A stretch of DNA of 64,000 nt, from the NCBI GenBank assembly GCA_040901985.1, contig JBBDYC010000002.1, positions 21,873 to 85,872 on the forward strand. Direction: 5' to 3'. The notes below the pieces were generated by a model, which did no database searches, was not told the origin of the DNA, and worked only from the letters and a program-made list of their open reading frames with translations. Within the stretch, counting starts at the first letter, position 1; each line of letters opens with the position of its first letter. Positions 58,745 to 64,000 of this stretch are shown here, one piece after another. This DNA comes from Gemmatimonadaceae bacterium. GTDB lineage: Bacteria > Gemmatimonadota > Gemmatimonadetes > Gemmatimonadales > Gemmatimonadaceae. The translations under genes and the position numbers were made by a program.

Positions 58745-59635
58745 TCACCCCGGCGAGACGGCGCCCGAACTCCAGCCCTCGGTCCCGCGCCGCCCCGCGC
58801 CCCAGCGCGGATACGTGCCGAGCAACCGTGTCGTGGTAGCCAGGCCGGCGATGTCGCGCACCACCGCCTCGGCCGCTGCGTCGCCGACCTGGTGGTCGAA
58901 CTCGACGAAGAAACGATAGGTCCAGGGTTCGCCGGTGGGGCGCGACTCGATCCGGCGGATGCTCACGCCGTGCTCGGCGAGGGGGCGCAGCGCGCCGAGG
59001 AGCGAGCCCGGCGTGTCGCCGGTGGTGAGCACGAACATCGTACGGGCGGGGGTCCCGGCGGGGAGCGGCAGTGGCGCGCGCCCGATGCCGAGGAAGCGCG
59101 TCTGGTTGTCGGCGCGATCCTCGATGTCGGCGCGGAGGATCTTGAGGTCATAGTGCAGCGCGGCGCGGCGACTGGCGACGGCGGCCACCTCTGGGTCGGC
59201 GACCTTCGAGACGTCCATCGCCGCGCCGGCCGTGTCATATGAGGGATGGACCTCGAGTTGCGGATGCTCGCCGAAGAAGCGCGTGCACTGCGCGAACGCC
59301 ACCGGATGGCTGAGCACGGTCGTAATGTTCTCGAACGACGTGGTCGGTGTCCCGAGCAGGCAGTGGTGCACGGCGACGACCGTCTCGGCGATCACGTGGA
59401 GGTCGGGCATCGCCGAGATCGCGTCGTGCGCGCCGGCGATGGATCCGGCCATCGTGTTCTCGATCGGGAGGATGCCCCGGTCGGCAACCCCCGCGGCGAC
59501 CGACGCGGTCACATCGGCAAAGTCGCGGTAGGGGAGCCGGTTCACATCGCCGCCCCAGAGCTGCTGGATCGCCTCGTCGCTGAAGGATCCGAGCTCGCCC
59601 TGAAAGGCGATACGAAGCCGGGCGCGTTCCGTCAT
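58745..59635 (-). CDS. pheA: Prephenate dehydratase with ACT domain
   Basis: AFQGELGSFS, PIENTMAG, SHPVAFAQC, DTAGAA, NQTRF, IESRP. Confidence 0.93.
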   Translation of the reverse strand: MTERARLRIAFQGELGSFSDEAIQQLWGGDVNRLPYRDFADVTASVAAGVADRGILPIENTMAGSIAGAHDAISAMPDLHVIAETVVAVHHCLLGTPTTSFENITTVLSHPVAFAQCTRFFGEHPQLEVHPSYDTAGAAMDVSKVADPEVAAVASRRAALHYDLKILRADIEDRADNQTRFLGIGRAPLPLPAGTPARTMFVLTTGDTPGSLLGALRPLAEHGVSIRRIESRPTGEPWTYRFFVEFDHQVGDAAAEAVVRDIAGLATTTRLLGTYPRWGAGRRGTEGWSSGAVSPG

Positions 59636-61092
59636 TCCTTTGCGATCTCGGCGACTGCCATCGTGGTGATCTGACCGAGGTTGAGCGCCTCGATTCCCGG
59701 ACGGATCTTCTCGAGGTCACCGACCACCACAACCGTGGGAGTCGCGACCGGAATGAAGCGCCGCGCCACGCGCTGTACGTCCTCGACAGTCACCGCGTCC
59801 ACGCGCGCGACGTACTCCTGCAGCCACGTAAGCGGCAGGTTGAACGCGGCCAGCGCAGTGACCTGGCCGGCGATCTGCGCGGTGGACTCGAGGTCGCCCG
59901 GGATGCCGAGGCGGAGGTAGGCCTTGGCGCGGGCGAGCTCGTCCGGCGCGACGAGCGAATCGCGGATCCGGTTCATCTCGCCGAAGAACTCGACGAGCGA
60001 GCTGTCGGTGACGTTGGTGCGGACGTCGGAGCTGGCGACGAAGGCGCCAGGGAGCGGGCGCCACTGGAAGCCGGAGTTGGCGCCGTAGGTGTAGCCCTTG
60101 GTCTCGCGGAGGTTGCTGTTGAGCCGCGAGGAGAAGGAGCCGCCGAGGATGGTGTTCATCACCTGGATGGCGGCGAAGTCGGGCGAGGTTCGCTCGACGC
60201 CGGGCGCGCCGATCATAATGACGGACTGCGCCGCGCCGGGCTTGTCCACCAGTACGACGTTCCGCGCCTGATTACGCGTGGGCTGGACGAGCACCGGTGC
60301 GGGAGTCCGCTCGGGACCGCTTGCCGGCCAGCTTCCGAAGCGCTGGCCGAGGAGCGCGCGCGCCTCGGTGTCGCCGAGGTCGCCGACGACGGTGAAGGTG
60401 GCGCGGCCAGGTCGGAAGGTGCCGGCGTGGAAGTTCCGGACCATCGCCGAGTCGAGCTGCGCCGTGGACGCCGAGTCGCCGCCGAGCGGCCGGTGGTAAG
60501 GATGCCCGTCGGGGAAGAGGAGCGTGTTGAAGGCGAGCGAGGCGAGCGCGCGCGGCTGATCCTTCTGTTGAAGGAGGCCGGCGAGGCGGAGGTCCCGCTG
60601 ACGCCTGACGTCGGCGGCGTTGAAGAGCGGGCGGAGCACGACGTCGGCCATCAGGTCGAGCGCGGGCTCGAGGTTTCGGCGGGCGACGCGGAGCGTGATG
60701 CTGGTGTTGTCCCAGTCGGCACCCGCGTTGAGCGCGGCGCCGAGAAAGGCGAGCTCGGACTGGAGCGCGTTGGCGTCGCGGGCGCCGGCACCCTCTCGGA
60801 TCATCGTGGCCACGAAGGAGGTGAGGCCCGGGGTGTCGCGGTCGAGGCGGCCGCCGCCGGCGATTTGCAGCGTCACGTGGACGAGCGGGAGCTCGCGATG
60901 CTCGACGACGCGGATGCCGACGCCGTTGTCGAGTCGCGCGGTCCGGACGGTGGGGACGGTGAGCGCGGGCGCCGGTGCGAGCGCCGGAGGGCGTGAGCGG
61001 TCAAAGGCGCCCGCCTGGGCGGAAAGCGCTGCGGGCGTGAGCGAGGCGGCAACAAGGGCCGCGCGCGCGAGGAGCTCAAGGCGGCGGGTCAC
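59632..61092 (-). CDS. M16 family peptidase, non-catalytic subunit, secreted
   Basis: DRSRPP, LDNG, no HxxEH, GGSFSSRLNSNLRETKGYTY. Confidence 0.88.
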   Translation of the reverse strand: MTRRLELLARAALVAASLTPAALSAQAGAFDRSRPPALAPAPALTVPTVRTARLDNGVGIRVVEHRELPLVHVTLQIAGGGRLDRDTPGLTSFVATMIREGAGARDANALQSELAFLGAALNAGADWDNTSITLRVARRNLEPALDLMADVVLRPLFNAADVRRQRDLRLAGLLQQKDQPRALASLAFNTLLFPDGHPYHRPLGGDSASTAQLDSAMVRNFHAGTFRPGRATFTVVGDLGDTEARALLGQRFGSWPASGPERTPAPVLVQPTRNQARNVVLVDKPGAAQSVIMIGAPGVERTSPDFAAIQVMNTILGGSFSSRLNSNLRETKGYTYGANSGFQWRPLPGAFVASSDVRTNVTDSSLVEFFGEMNRIRDSLVAPDELARAKAYLRLGIPGDLESTAQIAGQVTALAAFNLPLTWLQEYVARVDAVTVEDVQRVARRFIPVATPTVVVVGDLEKIRPGIEALNLGQITTMAVAEIAKE

Positions 61093-62459
61093 TGGACGAC
61101 TCCACGGGTGGCGGCGAGTTCGATGCGGCCCTGCGGCACGACGCTGAGGGTGACACGCGATCGGAGCAGGTAGTCGCGGACGACGCGCTGGACATCGGCG
61201 GCGGTGACCGCGCGATAGCGGTCGAGGTCGCGCTGGAAGAAGTCCGGTTGGCCGGTGGCGTAATGGTAGGAGTTCAGCTGGTCGGCCTTGGCGCTGGCGA
61301 ACTCGAGGCGATTGAGGAACTGCGCCTCGATGGCGTTCTTGGCCTGCTCGATCTCGCGCGCGGTCGGCCCCGACGCGGCGAGTCGCCGCAGCTCGGCGTC
61401 AATCACCGTCTTGAGCGTGTCGAGGGCGTGGCCGGGTCGCGCCGTGGCGATGACCATAAAGTCGCCGTCGAGCCGCTTGGAGGCGTTGAACGCGTTCACG
61501 CCGGTGGCGAGCTCGCTGTTGAAGACGAGCGCCTGGGTGAGCCGGCTGTTGCGGGCGCCGCTGAGCACATACGACGCGATGTCGAGCGCGGCGTCGTCGG
61601 CGGAGTACTCCCTGACGCCGTGCCAGGCGAGGTAGACGCGCGGGAGCTGGACGCGATCCTGGAGGACGATCACGGTGTCGCGCAAGGTGAACGGGGCCGG
61701 TGTCGGACGCGTGATCGCGGGGCCGCGGGGAATCTCGCTGAACATCTGGCGGACGAGTGCCTTGACCGAATCGGCGCGTACGGCGCCGGCGACGACGATG
61801 GTGGCGTTGTTGGGCGCGTAGTAGGTGCGGAAGAAATCCTTCACGTCGTCGAGCGAGGCCGCCGAGAGGTCGGCCATCGAGCCGATCGTGCTCCACGAAT
61901 ACGGGTGTCCGGCCGGGTAGATGGCCGTGACGAGATTCTCGAACGCAAGCCCGTAGGGCTGGTTTTCGTAGCTCTGGCGGCGCTCGTTCTTCACGACGTC
62001 GCGCTGGAGGTCCACCTTGGGCTCGTCCATCGTCTCGAGCATCCACCCGAGGCGGTCGGCCTCGAGCCAGAGCATCAGCGGCAGTGCGCCGGCCGGGCCT
62101 TCCTCGTAGTAGTTGGTACGGTCCGGATTGGTGGAGCCGTTGTTGTTGGCGCCAGCGGCCTCGAGCAGCCGATCGAACTGCGGATACGGGGCGTTTTGCG
62201 AGCCCATGAACATCAGGTGCTCGAAGAGGTGGGCAAACCCGGTGCGCCCGACCTTCTCGTCACCGGAGCCGACGTGATACCACACGTTCGTCGTGACCGT
62301 CGGCACGCTGTGGTCCTCGTGGACGATCAGGGTGAGTCCGTTGGGCAGGGTGTCAATGACGAAGGGAACGCGCAGGGGGGTGCCCTGGGCCGCGAGGGCC
62401 GTCGGCAGGGCGAGCATTGCCGCGGCGGCGAGCCGGAGTGCGCGGGGATGGACGTTCAT
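61089..62459 (-). CDS. M16 family zinc peptidase, catalytic subunit, secreted
   Basis: LPNGL, WYHVGS, GFAHLFEHLMF, NGST..DRTNYYE, WLEADR, YYAPNNA. Confidence 0.93.
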   Translation of the reverse strand: MNVHPRALRLAAAAMLALPTALAAQGTPLRVPFVIDTLPNGLTLIVHEDHSVPTVTTNVWYHVGSGDEKVGRTGFAHLFEHLMFMGSQNAPYPQFDRLLEAAGANNNGSTNPDRTNYYEEGPAGALPLMLWLEADRLGWMLETMDEPKVDLQRDVVKNERRQSYENQPYGLAFENLVTAIYPAGHPYSWSTIGSMADLSAASLDDVKDFFRTYYAPNNATIVVAGAVRADSVKALVRQMFSEIPRGPAITRPTPAPFTLRDTVIVLQDRVQLPRVYLAWHGVREYSADDAALDIASYVLSGARNSRLTQALVFNSELATGVNAFNASKRLDGDFMVIATARPGHALDTLKTVIDAELRRLAASGPTAREIEQAKNAIEAQFLNRLEFASAKADQLNSYHYATGQPDFFQRDLDRYRAVTAADVQRVVRDYLLRSRVTLSVVPQGRIELAATRGVVQ

Positions 62460-62538
62460 CGCGGTGGACGCTGAAGGGTGGGGGACGCGCGGAAGGCCGT
62501 GACACCGGCCCGTCGGTCGTCCGAATCGCTGCGGAAAG

Positions 62539-63999
62539 TTACTGGACGCAGTCGCCGTCGGGGTCGGGCTTCGGCTTGTCCACGAACGGCCGGGAGGCGG
62601 CGTTGGCGACGGCGTTGGCGAGGTCGTGGGTGTAGCGCGCGACCTTCGATAGCTTGGCGAAGTCGAGGTATTCAACTTCGTCCGTCACTTGGTGATAGTC
62701 GGCGTGGCCGCCGGTGGACATGAAGACCACCGGAATCCCGTAGCGCGCATACATATAGTGGTCGGATCGGCAGTAGAACTGCTCAGGGTGCCCGGGCGCG
62801 TCGTACTGGTAGTCGAAGGCCCAGCCGAAGCCTTTTTCGCGGCTCACGCGCTCGACGAGGTCGCCGAGTTGGGTGGAGAGGCGGCGTGAGCCAATGAGCT
62901 GGATGTAGTTGGGGCCGCCGTCCACCTCATCGCCCGGCTTGCCGCGGCCGACCATGTCGAGGTTGAGCTGGGCCACGATCTGGTCGCGGGGGACGGTCGG
63001 GTTCCGCGTGAAGTGGTCGGCGCCGAAGAGCCCGAGTTCCTCCCCGGTGTGCCAGACGAAGATGATTGAGCGGCGTGGGCGGGAACGCTCGGCGGCGAGC
63101 GCGCGGGCGACCTCGAGCACGGCCATCGAGCCGGAGCCGTCGTCGTCGGCGCCGTTGTAGATCGAGTCGAGGCGCGGCGTGGGGTGGATGCCGCGGACCG
63201 AGTCCATATTGACGCGGACGGAGTTGTATAGCATCTGGGTGAGCTGGCCGCCGGCGGCCAACTGCTTGGCGCGGAGCTCGAGGTTGAAGGCGCGGAGCGA
63301 GTCTCGGTCAACGGGCGGACCCACGCCGACGTGGTCATTGTGCGCGCCGACGGCGACATATTCGTCGCGCAGGGTGGCGTCGCCGCCACGGAGCACGGCG
63401 ACGACGTTGTTCGCCTCGACCGGCTGCTTGGTAAAGGCGATGCGACCGGCGATTGGCGTCCCCTCACGGCCCGGGACGGCGGCAGCAAGGTCGTCGACGC
63501 CGAGGATCTGCGCCGCGGTGGCGCGAGTGATGTGCATATATGCGGGGAGGTCCGGCGCGGCCGCGCCCGGGCCGTCGAGGACCATCGGGCTTCCGGCGAG
63601 CGCCTGCCGAAGGGGCGGCGGCATCAGCTCGAAGTTGGCAATCACGATTGCCACCGCGTGCGCGAACATCGCCTGCGCCTGCAGCTTGATTACGGAGGAA
63701 TTGTCGGGCGGCGTGGCCAGGACGACAGTCTTGCCGCGCACCGCCTCGCCGCCGATCAATCCCGGGGCACCCCAGACGCCGGCGTAGATGACCGACGCGC
63801 CGTCGAACGCGCGCGCGCCGGCCCCCTGGTTGCGCGGCAGGTAGTTGGTGTTCGGCACGAGCGCCGCGCCGCCTGCAACCACGCGGGTCGCGGCGGTATC
63901 GAGGACCATCCGAACGAGCGGGACGCGCTGGAAAAAGGTGCCGTCGTCGCCCGCAGGCTCGAGGCCCGCCTTGCGGAGCTCGTCGGCGATGTATTGCGT
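62539..63999 (-). CDS. M28 family peptidase (5' end beyond window)
   Basis: GAHNDH, NGADDDGSG, GEELGLFG, NLDMVGR, RSDH, DYHQ; frame stays open to the window edge (YIADELRKAGLEPAGDDGTFFQ). Confidence 0.92.
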   Translation of the reverse strand, partial: TQYIADELRKAGLEPAGDDGTFFQRVPLVRMVLDTAATRVVAGGAALVPNTNYLPRNQGAGARAFDGASVIYAGVWGAPGLIGGEAVRGKTVVLATPPDNSSVIKLQAQAMFAHAVAIVIANFELMPPPLRQALAGSPMVLDGPGAAAPDLPAYMHITRATAAQILGVDDLAAAVPGREGTPIAGRIAFTKQPVEANNVVAVLRGGDATLRDEYVAVGAHNDHVGVGPPVDRDSLRAFNLELRAKQLAAGGQLTQMLYNSVRVNMDSVRGIHPTPRLDSIYNGADDDGSGSMAVLEVARALAAERSRPRRSIIFVWHTGEELGLFGADHFTRNPTVPRDQIVAQLNLDMVGRGKPGDEVDGGPNYIQLIGSRRLSTQLGDLVERVSREKGFGWAFDYQYDAPGHPEQFYCRSDHYMYARYGIPVVFMSTGGHADYHQVTDEVEYLDFAKLSKVARYTHDLANAVANAASRPFVDKPKPDPDGDCVQ

Positions 64000-64000
64000 G

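Overview
High-GC bacterial chromosome segment, most likely Gemmatimonadota (inferred from gene content and protein style, not from a database search). It spans the replication origin: dnaA-dnaN on the - strand with a DnaA-trio/tandem-DnaA-box unwinding element between them, divergent rpmH-rnpA-yidD-yidC, the RNase P RNA gene, and about 20 kb away two parS sites followed by parA-parB-(membrane coiled-coil protein)-bactofilin. The rest is mainly housekeeping and envelope genes (csp, ispG, a murB-like gene, tag, polA, pyrE, upp, holA, mutS, cbs, ddl, queF, pheA, a BMP-type nucleoside ABC transporter, two M16 peptidase pairs, an M28 peptidase, a type IV pilin). No tRNA, rRNA, CRISPR array, transposase or prophage is visible. 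The most interesting signals are: a parS-parAB-bactofilin cluster that suggests a cytoskeletal anchor for chromosome segregation; a QueE-like protein with none of the radical-SAM cysteines, next to a QueF with an active-site insertion; an ECF sigma factor behind a sigma54/IHF promoter that resembles the pilin promoter; a cupredoxin lipoprotein with a Rex/CRP-type operator and a G-quadruplex-prone 9-bp tandem repeat upstream; an orphan type IV antitoxin-like regulator with its own operator; a MurB with a substituted catalytic arginine; and window-wide leaderless promoters. Start codons were adjusted by eye from the ORF track and are approximate.
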